Source: Candidatus Bathyarchaeia archaeon (GTDB lineage: Archaea; Thermoproteota; Bathyarchaeia; 40CM-2-53-6). Taken from it: a DNA stretch of 57,589 nucleotides. The stretch is from assembly GCA_050012535.1 (NCBI GenBank), contig JBEKGZ010000001.1, forward strand, positions 1 to 57,589, read 5' to 3'. Below are positions 46,693-57,118 of the stretch, one piece after another. The notes beneath the pieces are model-generated. The model was not told the origin of the DNA and did not search any database. It saw only the letters and a program-made list of their open reading frames with translations. A program made the position numbers and the translations under genes. How positions within the stretch are numbered: the first letter of the stretch is position 1; every line of letters starts with the position of its first letter.

Positions 46693-47019
46693 TCAACCGG
46701 GGAAGAAATAGGGCACGGTCTGCCGAACTGAAGGGGCAGACCCCTTCTTTTTCGCATAGTGTTCGCGAGTCTTTCGCTGCCTGATGCTGAGAACACCCTC
46801 CTGAGTGACGACGTGGTATTCGTCCGCCCCTATGTGGTGGAGCGCCCGTTTGACTAGGTCTTTGACTTCCTGTGTGCTCGGCCCAGCATCGGGTTTGTCG
46901 CCAGAACCAATCCGGAACCCCTTTCGTTCCGTTTGGACTTCAACTTTCAGTCGATCTCGTAGATAGTCGGCTAGGGCTTGTCGGTCCCCATGGAACTCCT
47001 TGCATTCAATCTCTATCAT
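46693..47019 (-). CDS. Small basic conserved hypothetical protein
   Basis: About 108 aa counted from MIEIECKEF (the longest ORF runs to 47067). Lys/Arg-rich C-terminus ending PYFFPG. Family not recognised. Confidence 0.45.
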   Translation of the reverse strand: MIEIECKEFHGDRQALADYLRDRLKVEVQTERKGFRIGSGDKPDAGPSTQEVKDLVKRALHHIGADEYHVVTQEGVLSIRQRKTREHYAKKKGSAPSVRQTVPYFFPG

Positions 47020-47359
47020 AGCTTCCGCGCTCAGACACCTGTGACTTTTAGAACACAATGCCCGCATGTGTCACTCCTAGGATAGTAGTTCCTCCTTTTC
47101 GAGTTTTTGCTCGGTCGTGGCTAGCAGACACCTGAGGATGACGCCAGCCACGTCCGGGCTGTCGGATTCCGATATCAGTCCGAACCAGAATAGCTGCTTT
47201 CTCTTTGCGTGTGGGCGTCTTTCATTCCAAGCGCTGGATTTAGATAGTGGGCCAATGGACTAAGGGAGGAAAGCAACCGAGCACTATCCCCGCACGAATA
47301 CTGTGCTAGGGGACTTGAGGTTGCCAATCACAAATAGCAGTCTACAAGGGTGAAAAAGA

Positions 47360-48106
47360 GTGTCAATGTTCTCTGTGCCTGGAGCATACGACCGTGCAAT
47401 CACAGTGTTCTCTCCGGACGGTCGGCTCTTCCAAGTTGAGTATGCCTCAGAGACCGTCAAGAGAGGCGCGACTGTGCTGGGAATTGCGTCGCCTGAGGGC
47501 GTTGTTTTGGCCGCGGAGGAACGGGCGACGTCGAAACTTCAGGATCCTACCTTCATGTGGAAGATCTTTCAGATCGACGAACACGTAGGTGCAGCCGTTG
47601 CGGGCCTTAGCTGTGATGCTCACGTTCTGATTGATCAAGCGCGGATCTATGCACAGAGCAATCGGCTCCTATACGATGAGCCTATCGATGTTGAGATTCT
47701 GACTCGACGAATTGGGGAGATCAAGCAACTCTATACGCAGCATGCTGGTGTTAGGCCCTTTGGAATCTCGATTATCTTCGGGGGAATGGATCGAAAGGGT
47801 AGTCACATCTTCTGGACGGATCCTAGCGGTGCCTACCTGGCTTACAAGGCTTGGGCTATCGGAGCTGGCGGAGATGCCGCTAACGAGATCCTCGAAGCCG
47901 AATACAAGGACCCCATAACTCTCGACGACAGCTTCGTGCTAGCCCTGAAGTGCATGAGCAAAGTGCTCGAGGACAAGATCGACGCCCAGAAGATAAGAAT
48001 CGCCTTTATCCCATCGGCGACGAAGAAGTTCACCAGGCTCGCGCCTGCCGATGTTGACAAATACCTCAAGAAGCTCGAGTCAGCCAAAAAGGCTGGCACC
48101 AAATGA
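47360..48106 (+). CDS. psmA: Proteasome alpha subunit
   Basis: YDRAITVFSPDGRLFQVEYA. Confidence 0.9.
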   Translation: MSMFSVPGAYDRAITVFSPDGRLFQVEYASETVKRGATVLGIASPEGVVLAAEERATSKLQDPTFMWKIFQIDEHVGAAVAGLSCDAHVLIDQARIYAQSNRLLYDEPIDVEILTRRIGEIKQLYTQHAGVRPFGISIIFGGMDRKGSHIFWTDPSGAYLAYKAWAIGAGGDAANEILEAEYKDPITLDDSFVLALKCMSKVLEDKIDAQKIRIAFIPSATKKFTRLAPADVDKYLKKLESAKKAGTK

Positions 48107-48792
48107 GCGACAAGTATACAACGGCAAGGATCACTAAGAGCGGCGAGAAGTTCGAGATTTTAGTTAAACCTGAGCCTGCCCTTGACTACAAGATGGGCAA
48201 GGCCACGCCGATTTCACAGATGCTCGTAATCGACGAGATCTACGCTGACGCCAGCAAGGGAACACATGCATCGGACGAGAAGCTTCAGAAGGCATTCGGA
48301 ACGACGGATCCTCTTCTCGTCGCCGAAAATATCATGAAACATGGTGAACTTCAGCTTACTACCGAGCAAAGGCGACAACTCGTAGACGACAAGAGGAAAC
48401 AGATCGTAGCCTTCGTATCACGCAACTGCATTGACCCGAGAACCGGCACACCTCATCCCCCACTTAGGATCGAACAGGCGTTCAACCAGATCCGCCTAGT
48501 TGTCGATCCGTTCAAACCGGCTGAGGAGCAGGCGAAGGCTGTAATCGAGGAGCTTCGAACACTTCTGCCCATAAAGATCGATAAGATGAAAGTCGCTGTA
48601 AAGGTGTTCCCAGAGCACGCGGCAAAGGCGTATGGTTCGATCAAAGGGTTCGGTACAATCACGAAGGAAGAGTGGCAAAAAGACGGGTCCTTGGTCGCTC
48701 TCGTGGAGATGCCGGCCGGACTCTACGGGTCATTCATCGATCGGCTCGGGAAACTCACACAAGGTACCGTGCAGACGAAAGTGTTAAAGTAG
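48103..48792 (+). CDS. SBDS-family ribosome maturation protein
   Basis: ARITKSGEKFEILVKPEPALDYKMGK. Position between psmA and rrp4 is typical of the exosome superoperon. Confidence 0.85.
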   Translation: MSDKYTTARITKSGEKFEILVKPEPALDYKMGKATPISQMLVIDEIYADASKGTHASDEKLQKAFGTTDPLLVAENIMKHGELQLTTEQRRQLVDDKRKQIVAFVSRNCIDPRTGTPHPPLRIEQAFNQIRLVVDPFKPAEEQAKAVIEELRTLLPIKIDKMKVAVKVFPEHAAKAYGSIKGFGTITKEEWQKDGSLVALVEMPAGLYGSFIDRLGKLTQGTVQTKVLK

Positions 48793-48842
48793 GCCGCCTC
48801 CGTGGTTGACCTCCTTGCTACGCGAGTGCCGAGATGGAATAG

Positions 48843-49529
48843 TTGACCATATTCGCTGAGAAGAAACAGCTTGTTGCACCCGGGGAAGTGCTGGGTGAAG
48901 GATCCTACTTCCCGGGAGAGAACACGTACAGAGAGGAAAACAAGGTATACGCATCAAGAATCGGCCTTGCCGAGCTGGTCGCAAACAAGTTCATAGTTGT
49001 TCCTCTGAAAGGATGCTACATCCCCCGCGTGGATGACTTTGTAATCGGGCGCGTAGTGGATATCGCGATGTCGGGGTGGAATGTGGACATATCTTCACCA
49101 TATCCCGCATTGCTACCACTTTCTGAGACACCGTCCGCGAGAGCGATGGCCGCAAGAAAGGATCTCACCAAGATTTTCAACGTTGGGGACTTGGTGATGG
49201 CTGAAGTGATCGCTTTTGATAGGACACGTGACCCGTTGCTGACTATAAGGGGTCGCGGACTTGGGAAGGTCTCTTCAGGACGAGTTGTCCATGTCTCTCC
49301 CGCGAAGATCCCGCGACTGATCGGCCGAAAGGGATCCATGATAGGTCTACTAAAGAAGGCTACGAGCTGCGAGATAATCGTAGGCCAAAACGGAACGGTC
49401 TTAGTATCAGGTCGGCAACCCAAGAATGAGCAAGTGGCAGCCGCTGCAATGTATATGATCGAACGAGAGGCTCACACCCGAGGACTCACGGATCGCGTAA
49501 ACGAGATGATGAACAGGGAATTGAGGTAA
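48843..49529 (+). CDS. rrp4: Exosome RNA-binding subunit Rrp4 (S1 + KH)
   Basis: PGEVLG...YIPRVDDFVIGRVVDI (S1 domain) and GRKGSMIGLLK (KH domain). TTG start. Confidence 0.85.
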   Translation: MTIFAEKKQLVAPGEVLGEGSYFPGENTYREENKVYASRIGLAELVANKFIVVPLKGCYIPRVDDFVIGRVVDIAMSGWNVDISSPYPALLPLSETPSARAMAARKDLTKIFNVGDLVMAEVIAFDRTRDPLLTIRGRGLGKVSSGRVVHVSPAKIPRLIGRKGSMIGLLKKATSCEIIVGQNGTVLVSGRQPKNEQVAAAAMYMIEREAHTRGLTDRVNEMMNRELR

Positions 49530-49536
49530 GGAAGAG

Positions 49537-50301
49537 TTGAACAAACCCGAAGTCAAGCTTGTTGATGAGAACGGTGTACGTCTCGACGGCAGAAAGCTCG
49601 ATGAGCTTAGGCCCATCAAGATGGATGTCGGAGTATTGGACAAGGCTGACGGATCTGCTTACATTGAACATGGAAAGAACCGCATCATGGCCGCAGTCTA
49701 CGGCCCTCGAGAGGCTCACCCGAAGCATATCGCACTCGCAGATCGTGCGGTAATCAAGTGTCGCTACCATATGGCGCCGTTCTCCGTTGAGGAGAGGAAG
49801 TCTCCTGCGCCATCGCGAAGAGAACTTGAACTATCCAAGGTCATCAGAGAAGCCTTGGAAAACTCAGTAATGTCCGAGGCGTACCCACGGACATCAATAG
49901 ACATCTTCATTGAGATCCTGCAATCAGACGGGGGCAGTAGATGCGCGGGGATAGCCGCCGCGTCTCTTGCATTGGCAGATGCAGGCGTGCCACTGAAAGA
50001 GATCGTTGCTGCGTGTGCGGTTTGCAAGATTGACGGGAAGATCGCACTGGACCCGTCCGATATCGAAGACAAACAGGGCGACGCTGACCTTCCTATCGCG
50101 TTCATGCCGAAGTCGGGCGTTATCACGCTCCTTCAGATGGATGGCTCCTTGACTGAACAGGAATTCAACCAAGCACTAGACATGGGCATTACAGCGTGCA
50201 AGAAGATCAGCGAGATACAAGTTGAGGCACTCAAGCGGAAATACATCTCAGTTAAGGAACAAGCTGAGGAAAGACATGAGGCTCAGGAGGCAAAAGCCTG
50301 A
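49537..50301 (+). CDS. rrp41: Exosome subunit Rrp41 (RNase PH-like, catalytic)
   Basis: RLDGRKLDELRPIKMDVGVL..GSAYIEHGKN. 254 aa. Confidence 0.85.
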   Translation: MNKPEVKLVDENGVRLDGRKLDELRPIKMDVGVLDKADGSAYIEHGKNRIMAAVYGPREAHPKHIALADRAVIKCRYHMAPFSVEERKSPAPSRRELELSKVIREALENSVMSEAYPRTSIDIFIEILQSDGGSRCAGIAAASLALADAGVPLKEIVAACAVCKIDGKIALDPSDIEDKQGDADLPIAFMPKSGVITLLQMDGSLTEQEFNQALDMGITACKKISEIQVEALKRKYISVKEQAEERHEAQEAKA

Positions 50302-51122
50302 TGTCGACAACCCCACAGCAGCCACCGATCGGCAAGATCGAACAGAAAGGCATCATAGATCTCCTAGCAAAGGGACTAAGGATCGATGAACGAAAGCTAA
50401 CGGACTATAGAGACCTGAAGATTGAGACAGGACTGATCCAGAAGGCAAACGGGTCAGCCATGGTAAACCTAGGCAAGACCAAAGTCATGACTGGCATCAA
50501 AATCGAACTGGGAACACCGTTCCCTGACACACCGAACCAAGGAGTCCTCACCGTCAATGCCGAACTCGTTCCATTCGCTTCGCCTGCTTTTGAGCCAGGT
50601 CCCCCAAGCGAGGGTGCAATTGAGCTTGCTAGAGTAGTGGATAGGGGGATCCGCGAGTCGAAAGCAATCGGGCTTGAGGCGCTATGCGTCAAACCGAAGA
50701 AGCACGTGGTCATCATCTTCGTTGACGTGTACGTTCTTGACCATGATGGGAACCTCATAGACGCCGCATCAATATCTGCGCTAGCAGCTCTGCTTACGTC
50801 CAAGATGAAACGCTACGAGATGGATGGAGAAGAAGTTCACACAGGCGACGAACTCGTGCCTTTGCCCGTCCTGAACGAGCCTGTGGCCATCACGACCGCA
50901 AAGATAGAGGGCAGCATGATCTTAGACCCTTGCCTAGAAGAGGAGCTTGTCATGAGCTCCAGACTCACAGTCACCACAGACCGAGACAGCAACATCTGCG
51001 CCATGCAGAAGGGAGGCCTAGGAACCTTCACCGACCAAGAAGTTAGGCAAGCGGTGAAGACTGCAATCGAGAAAGGTAAGGAGATTCGTGAAACAATCAG
51101 GGGAGCGGCAGCTGGAAGATGA
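50301..51122 (+). CDS. rrp42: Exosome subunit Rrp42 (RNase PH-like)
   Basis: GLRIDERKLTDYRDLKIETG..ANGSAMV. The start overlaps the rrp41 stop. Confidence 0.85.
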   Translation: MSTTPQQPPIGKIEQKGIIDLLAKGLRIDERKLTDYRDLKIETGLIQKANGSAMVNLGKTKVMTGIKIELGTPFPDTPNQGVLTVNAELVPFASPAFEPGPPSEGAIELARVVDRGIRESKAIGLEALCVKPKKHVVIIFVDVYVLDHDGNLIDAASISALAALLTSKMKRYEMDGEEVHTGDELVPLPVLNEPVAITTAKIEGSMILDPCLEEELVMSSRLTVTTDRDSNICAMQKGGLGTFTDQEVRQAVKTAIEKGKEIRETIRGAAAGR

Positions 51123-51514
51123 AAGTTAAGAAAGTAGGACCAGCAGGAAGCTTCGGTCCCCGATACGGTACCGTCGTAAGAAGAAGGTATGCCCAAGTAG
51201 TTGCCGGTATGCGCGTCCCCCATGAATGCCCCAGGTGTCACGTTCGAGCCGTGAAGCGGCTCACTGTTGGCGTCTGGAGCTGCCGCAAATGCAGCGTAAA
51301 ATTCGCTGGTGGAGCGTATCTTCCCGCAACAAAGTTGGGCGAAATCTCCAAACGCGCCGCCCGACAAGGGCTGGCTGCAGGATTGCTGGCTGCGGAACTC
51401 AAGCAGAAGGCAGAGGCACGTGCTACTGAGGAGAAAGCTGCAGCCGAAGCTCGGGAAAAGCGGAGAAGGAGAAGAAAGAAAACCGAAAAGGCCGTCGAAG
51501 AACAAACTGAATGA
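51119..51514 (+). CDS. rpl37ae: Ribosomal protein eL43 (L37Ae) with a charged C-terminal extension
   Basis: KKVGPAGSFGPRYG and the zinc ribbon CPRC..CRKC. An extra tail of about 45 aa is rich in K, E, R and A. Confidence 0.8.
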   Translation: MKVKKVGPAGSFGPRYGTVVRRRYAQVVAGMRVPHECPRCHVRAVKRLTVGVWSCRKCSVKFAGGAYLPATKLGEISKRAARQGLAAGLLAAELKQKAEARATEEKAAAEAREKRRRRRKKTEKAVEEQTE

Positions 51515-51559
51515 CGGTGAGCAAACCTCATTCTTGCCGGTCGGCAAAACTTCACCCAG

Positions 51560-51895
51560 TTGACTTTAGATTATCGCGCAGGTCGACAAGGGTTGAAAAA
51601 CGCCAAAGCAGAAGCTGAGGTTTCAATTGATTTCCCCAACGAGTCAGACGCCGAAGCGATCGCACGCGCACTTATCCCGGAGATAATCGCGCCACGTACG
51701 AGCAGAGCCCATATCCGAGTCACCAGGCGGGGAAAGGTTGCAAAGATCAGATTCTACGCAAAAGATCTTGTTGCGCTGCGAGCAATGGTGAACTCGTTCC
51801 TGCGTTTCGCTGCTCCCTGGAGAAAGCTCTCTGAAGCGCTGAGTATTAGTCACAGGCGTGCAAGGCAGGTTCGACGATCCATCACCCAGAAGTAG
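51560..51895 (+). CDS. pcc1: KEOPS subunit Pcc1
   Basis: DAEAIARALIPE...AKDLVALRAMVNSFLRF matches the Pcc1/CTAG pattern. Canonical position after rpl37ae. Confidence 0.6.
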   Translation: MTLDYRAGRQGLKNAKAEAEVSIDFPNESDAEAIARALIPEIIAPRTSRAHIRVTRRGKVAKIRFYAKDLVALRAMVNSFLRFAAPWRKLSEALSISHRRARQVRRSITQK

Positions 51896-53117
51896 GGCGA
51901 ATCTGTTGTTTGACGCGTTCGACGACGAAATGAGAAGACGCGGGCTGGACACGGTTCTTGTTATCGGTGAGAGTACTCTAGGCAATCCGGAGCTTGCATA
52001 TGTCACGGGAACACTGATCCCACGCGGAGGAATCTTTCTAAAGCGGATAGGGCAGCGTCCTCTCTTGGTCGTCAGCAACATTGATGTTGGCAGTGCCAAA
52101 CGAGGCCGCATTAAGAACGTCCGAACCTACACCGACTATGACTACGAGAAGCTCGTCAAACTGCACGGCCGAGAACGAGGCTACATCAAGTTCCTCGATC
52201 TAATCTTGCGGTCACTTCGCACTCGTGGAAACATTGGCATCTACAGTCGAAACGAGTTCTCGCATCTCCTTTCCGTTACAGACTCGCTCCGCAGGCTTGG
52301 GTACGAAGTAGCTGGAGAGACTGATGCTTCGCTGATCGAATCTTTGAGAGAGACAAAGGACCCCGAAGAAATCGACAGAATTCGAGACGTAGGTACACGG
52401 GCAGCACGCGTGGTTGAAAGGACGCTCGAAATGCTCCGCAAGTGCACAGTGAGCTCAGGAAAGCTCAGACTGGAGCATAGAGTACTAACAGTTGGCATAG
52501 TCAAGTCCAGGATCAACGTTCTGCTGGCAGAGCAGGATCTCATGGCGCCGGAAGGCACCGTCTTTGCAGTCGGACCAAGTTCGGCCGACCCGCACCAGAT
52601 GGGAATCGCCTCGGAGCCGATAAGGACCGGCGTACCAATCGTTTTCGACCTGTTCCCTGTCGGAACGGACGGGTACTGGTTCGATCTGACGAGAACCTAC
52701 GTGGTCGGCAAGCCTCTTCCCAAAGTGAAGAAGATGTTTGATGCTGTACGGGAGGTCCAGACTAGAATGCTGGACTCGATGGGCGAGGGGACCCAAGCCA
52801 GCAAGATGATGAGCTTGGCCTGTGATCTCTTCGAGCGGCGCCGATTCAAGACGATCAGGGCAATACTCAGAGGCGACAAAGACGCCACGAGGGTAGGATT
52901 CATTCATTCTCTGGGGCATGGTGTCGGCCTAACGATTGGCGAAAGACCTCAATTGAGCTTGTTCAGCGATGAAACGCTCCGGAGAGGGCATGTTGTTACA
53001 GTCGAACCAGGCCTATACGAGCCCGGGCTGGGTGGCGTCAGAATAGAAGACACGATCGTCATCACGAAGAGTGGCATTGACAACCTCACTCCACTCGAAA
53101 AGGAGCTCAGGATCTAG
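51858..53117 (+). CDS. M24-family Xaa-Pro peptidase
   Basis: Motifs [13 protein letters not shown] and VEPGLY...GGVRIEDT. The start is uncertain: GTG 51858 overlaps pcc1, and the alternative is ATG 51930. Confidence 0.75.
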   Translation: MQGRFDDPSPRSRANLLFDAFDDEMRRRGLDTVLVIGESTLGNPELAYVTGTLIPRGGIFLKRIGQRPLLVVSNIDVGSAKRGRIKNVRTYTDYDYEKLVKLHGRERGYIKFLDLILRSLRTRGNIGIYSRNEFSHLLSVTDSLRRLGYEVAGETDASLIESLRETKDPEEIDRIRDVGTRAARVVERTLEMLRKCTVSSGKLRLEHRVLTVGIVKSRINVLLAEQDLMAPEGTVFAVGPSSADPHQMGIASEPIRTGVPIVFDLFPVGTDGYWFDLTRTYVVGKPLPKVKKMFDAVREVQTRMLDSMGEGTQASKMMSLACDLFERRRFKTIRAILRGDKDATRVGFIHSLGHGVGLTIGERPQLSLFSDETLRRGHVVTVEPGLYEPGLGGVRIEDTIVITKSGIDNLTPLEKELRI

Positions 53118-53180
53118 TCGGGCCACCTCACGTGCAAGTCTAATACTTGCATCTCTCATCTCCATCTGAGGGTTTGCACG

Positions 53181-53663
53181 TTGGACACGAAGGTTATTCG
53201 AATAGACGTTCCTGAGGGTGTCAACATAGTGCTCGGACAGAGCCACTTCATAAAGACGGTTGAAGACCTCCACGAAGCAATTGTATGCACGGTCCCCCAC
53301 GCAAAGTTCGGGATCGCATTCAACGAATCGAGTGGCCCTTGTCTTGTACGGGTCTCCGGAAACGAACAGGAACTGACCACGCTTGCAGGAAAAGCGGCGT
53401 TGCAATTGGGTGCCGGCCACTCGTTCATCGTGTTCCTCAAGGATGCGTACCCAATCAATGTTCTCGACAAGATCAAGGCCGTTCCAGAAGTATGCTCAAT
53501 CTATGCCGCGACCGCCAACCCTATCCAAGTTGTTGTCGCGGAAACCGACCAGGGGAGAGGCATACTCGGGGTCATCGACGGCTTGAAGCCTAAAGATATT
53601 GAAGGCCCCAAAGATGTCGAGGATCGTAAGAGCTTACTCAGAAAGATGGGCTACAAACTGTGA
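53181..53663 (+). CDS. Conserved archaeal protein, COG1839 / adenosine-specific-kinase-like family
   Basis: Motifs NIVLGQSHFIKTVEDLHEA, ATANP and GRGILGVIDG. Confidence 0.5.
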   Translation: MDTKVIRIDVPEGVNIVLGQSHFIKTVEDLHEAIVCTVPHAKFGIAFNESSGPCLVRVSGNEQELTTLAGKAALQLGAGHSFIVFLKDAYPINVLDKIKAVPEVCSIYAATANPIQVVVAETDQGRGILGVIDGLKPKDIEGPKDVEDRKSLLRKMGYKL

Positions 53664-53867
53664 GCTGCCCTGCAGTTCCAGTGCACGCCGGCGACATACT
53701 ACAAACGTTTAATACACCAACGTTCGGCTGTTGCCCGGAGCGAGGCAAGCAAAATGGGTGACTGCGTTTGCAGGGATTCCTACCCTAAGAATGTCTCACA
53801 TCGATCCACCTAGAACAACCCAGGATCGCTTATTGTTACGTAGCGTAAGTCGCGAAGAGGTCTCGAT

Positions 53868-55280
53868 ATGACACTCAGGCTGCTGAACACCTATACTAGG
53901 AAGTTGCAGAAGTTTGCCCCACTGAAGAAGAATACTGTAAGAATGTACACATGCGGTCCCACGGTGTGGGACTATGCGCATATCGGTAACTTCAGGACGT
54001 ACATATTCCAGGATGTGCTGAGAAGGTATCTGGAATTCAAGGGATACAAGGTCACCCAAGTAACGAATATCACCGATGTGGATGATAGGACGATTCGCCA
54101 GTCCAAGGAAACGGGCCTGACTCTTCACGAGTACACCAAAAAGTACGAGGAAGCATATCTCGCAGACCTCGGGGCGCTGAACATAGAGCGTGCCGAGCAC
54201 TACCCTCGGGCAACTGAGCACATCGACGAGATGGTTGCATTAGTGAAGAAGCTTGTTCGCAGAGGTTTCGCCTACGAGGCAGAGGGATCCATCTACTTTG
54301 ATATTTCCAAATTCAGGGCGTATGGCAGACTCTCTGGCGTCCACATGGATGAATTGAAAGATGGAGCACGCATCGACTCAGACAAGTACAATAAGGATGA
54401 GGCAAGGGATTTCGCTCTTTGGAAAGGGTGGCATCCGGACGATGGCGACGTCTTCTGGGAGACTGCGATTGGTAAGGGCCGACCTGGATGGCATCTAGAG
54501 TGCTCGGCGATGTCCATGAAGTACCTAGGAACAACGTTCGACATACATTCAGGCGGAGAGGACTTGATCTTCCCCCACCACGAGAACGAAATTGCTCAAT
54601 CCGAAGCGGCAACGGGCAAACGATTCGTAAGGTTCTGGCTCCACTCCGGGATGCTGCTTGTTGGAGGCAGGAAGATGGCTAAGTCATCTGGCAACTTCTT
54701 CACGCTCAGAGATTTGCTGTCCAAAGGGCACGATCCGCTCGCGGTAAGGTACTTGCTCATGTCGGCGCAGTACCGAGCCCAACTTAACTTCACTGAGGGG
54801 GTCCTTGCAGATGCTGAGAAAGCTGTGCAAGCAATTCGGGGAACGTATCGTCGCATCAATAACATCGGAAGGACAAGACGGCACAGCAATGCCCAGCTTC
54901 TAGAGATACTTAGCAGAGAAAGAAGGGAATTCGAGAAGGCAATGGATGATGACCTGAACACGCCTGGAGCTCTAGCTGCAATCCATCGGGCGGCCCGAGT
55001 GGTCAATCGAGCGATCGACCAAGACGAAGTGTCCACAAAAGATACGGTCGCAATCCATCAGTTCTTCTCAGATCTTGACAGGGTGGTCGGGATACTCGGA
55101 GGACAGATCAAGGCCGATGAACTTCCAGAAGAGGCTGGGCGTTTGATAAGGGAGCGAGATCAGGCGCGTGCGAATAGAGATTGGGCAACAGCAGACAGTC
55201 TCAGAAAACAACTCCTCGCGATGGGCATAGTTGTCGAGGACACCCCTGCGGGCACGGTGTGGAAGCGTAAGTCGCCGTAG
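53868..55280 (+). CDS. cysS: Cysteinyl-tRNA synthetase
   Basis: Motifs YTCGPTVWDYAHIGN and KMAKSSGN. 470 aa. Confidence 0.9.
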   Translation: MTLRLLNTYTRKLQKFAPLKKNTVRMYTCGPTVWDYAHIGNFRTYIFQDVLRRYLEFKGYKVTQVTNITDVDDRTIRQSKETGLTLHEYTKKYEEAYLADLGALNIERAEHYPRATEHIDEMVALVKKLVRRGFAYEAEGSIYFDISKFRAYGRLSGVHMDELKDGARIDSDKYNKDEARDFALWKGWHPDDGDVFWETAIGKGRPGWHLECSAMSMKYLGTTFDIHSGGEDLIFPHHENEIAQSEAATGKRFVRFWLHSGMLLVGGRKMAKSSGNFFTLRDLLSKGHDPLAVRYLLMSAQYRAQLNFTEGVLADAEKAVQAIRGTYRRINNIGRTRRHSNAQLLEILSRERREFEKAMDDDLNTPGALAAIHRAARVVNRAIDQDEVSTKDTVAIHQFFSDLDRVVGILGGQIKADELPEEAGRLIRERDQARANRDWATADSLRKQLLAMGIVVEDTPAGTVWKRKSP

Positions 55281-55340
55281 GAGCTCAACAAGGCAAGGTA
55301 TCGTTATTTTCTAGTTCATAGTGGTCGCGGAAAAGACTTT

Positions 55341-55826
55341 TTGAGCGTACTGATGCTATGCTCACGACTAGTTGGAGTACCGATCGACTTGGACGCAAGG
55401 ATTCTGGGCATCATTTTCTGGGCCGCCCTAGTGAATAGCGTGTTCCTAGTCTTCAGTATGGTGAGGATATTCGCTGTGAAGGAAGTGAAGTACGGGCTTC
55501 TCGACCTTTTCAGGCCGCAATTCTACCTTGCCAATCCAATCTTCATCGTCCTGATGATTATAGGACCTGTCACATTCGTCTCTGATCTAATGGTCTTCTC
55601 TGCGGCCGGAGAGGTATCGACCAGGACACTAGGACTACTCGGGCTGAGTGCGCTGAATTTGGTAGGAGTCATTTTCGGATTCGTGCAGTTCGTTCTGGTG
55701 AACATCCTTTTCAGGACTGAGCAGGTGCCGGGCCGTGTCTGGATCCTGCTTGCGCTCTGGTTCGCTTTCGTCGTCTCTGGAACCCTTATGGGTACACTAG
55801 TCATGGGTGAGCTCGCCAAGCCCTGA
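55341..55826 (+). CDS. Hypothetical integral membrane protein
   Basis: 161 aa with 4-5 hydrophobic helices. No family recognised. Confidence 0.45.
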   Translation: MSVLMLCSRLVGVPIDLDARILGIIFWAALVNSVFLVFSMVRIFAVKEVKYGLLDLFRPQFYLANPIFIVLMIIGPVTFVSDLMVFSAAGEVSTRTLGLLGLSALNLVGVIFGFVQFVLVNILFRTEQVPGRVWILLALWFAFVVSGTLMGTLVMGELAKP

Positions 55827-55913
55827 CGAGCTGTCATACAGTCTCGTTGAATGCAGACATCATTATATGTCCGACGCCAATTTGGAAGCAAAAGCGCGGA
55901 ACGACGAGAGAAC

Positions 55914-57107
55914 ATGAGTGCTGAAGACATCGAACCTCAAGAAAAGGATGGCGAGGCAATTAGCTGGCAACCGGAGGTCAACATCGGAACCCTAGGCCAC
56001 GTTGATAACGGGAAGAGCACCCTCGTCCAGTCACTGACCGGCGTCTGGACTTCAAGGCACTCGGAGGAACTGAGACGCGGGATCACCATCAGAATCGGAT
56101 ATGCGGACGTCTTCATCTATAGATGCCCCAAGTGCAAGCCACCCCACAACTACACAACGAGCCCGAAATGCCCTCACTGCGGCTCGGAAACGAAGTTCAA
56201 GCGCGGCGTGAGTTTCGTTGATTGCCCAGGTCATCACAGTCTTATGGTGACCATGCTTGCAGGCGCAGCTCTCATGGATGGGGCACTGTTTGTAGCCGCA
56301 AGTAATGTCAAATTCCCTCAGGCCCAGGACCGTGAACACCTCCTTGCGGCACAGATGGTTGGCATACAACGGATCATACTGATTCAGAACAAGATCGACA
56401 TAGTCGACCGAGACAAGGCAATGGAGAACTACGAGGAGATCAAAGCATTTGTCAAGAACACGATTGCCGCCGATTCCCCAGTCATACCTGTGTCGGCTCA
56501 ACATGGTGTGAACACGGACGTAGTCCTGTACGAAATGGAGAAACGGATCCCGACACCGAAAAGGGATCCGAATGCGACACCGCAGATGTACGTTCTACGG
56601 TCGTTCGACATCAACAAGCCGGGAACGGAAATCGACGACCTGCACGGCGGAGTCCTTGGAGGCTCGATTATTCAGGGCACGTTCAGGCTAGGTGACGAGA
56701 TAGAGATCAGACCGGGATTGCCGGTCGAGACTGGAGGAAAGGTCCGATACGAGCCACTCATCTCGAAAGTGACAAGCATGAGCGTCTCCAAGGGACCCGT
56801 TACCGAAGCTCGGAGTGGGGGCCTTGTTGGCATTGGAACCTCTCTGGATCCATCTTTAACAAAGTCTGACGGGCTAGTGGGAAGTGTGGCGGGGAAGGTT
56901 GGAGAGCTCCCGCCGGTCCTTGAGAAGATAACGGCCGAAGTGACACTCTTCGAAAGAGCCGTTGGGACAGAGCAGCTTGTCCAAGTCGACAAGATCAAAA
57001 CCAATGAACCGCTGGTCCTGAACGTGGGGACAGCAGTGACCTCTGGCACCGTCACATCTGCTCGAGGGGACATAGTCGACATCGGTCTGAGAAAGCCCGT
57101 GTGCTAA
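55914..57107 (+). CDS. eif2g: Translation initiation factor 2 gamma subunit (aIF2-gamma)
   Basis: Motifs GHVDNGKST, Zn knuckle CPKC..CPHCG, DCPGH and NKID. The likely start is ATG 55914. Confidence 0.9.
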   Translation: MSAEDIEPQEKDGEAISWQPEVNIGTLGHVDNGKSTLVQSLTGVWTSRHSEELRRGITIRIGYADVFIYRCPKCKPPHNYTTSPKCPHCGSETKFKRGVSFVDCPGHHSLMVTMLAGAALMDGALFVAASNVKFPQAQDREHLLAAQMVGIQRIILIQNKIDIVDRDKAMENYEEIKAFVKNTIAADSPVIPVSAQHGVNTDVVLYEMEKRIPTPKRDPNATPQMYVLRSFDINKPGTEIDDLHGGVLGGSIIQGTFRLGDEIEIRPGLPVETGGKVRYEPLISKVTSMSVSKGPVTEARSGGLVGIGTSLDPSLTKSDGLVGSVAGKVGELPPVLEKITAEVTLFERAVGTEQLVQVDKIKTNEPLVLNVGTAVTSGTVTSARGDIVDIGLRKPVC

Positions 57108-57118
57108 AGGGATAGCAT

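Noticed and set aside
5260-51547. Many alternate-frame or antisense ORFs inside large conserved CDSs (e.g. 5573..5914, 10047..10541, 22421..23008, 36692..37192, 40399..40941, 50837..51547)
   Set aside because: Each lies wholly within a gene whose product shows clear family motifs. Their translations are Ser/Arg/Pro-rich shadows typical of GC-balanced genomes.
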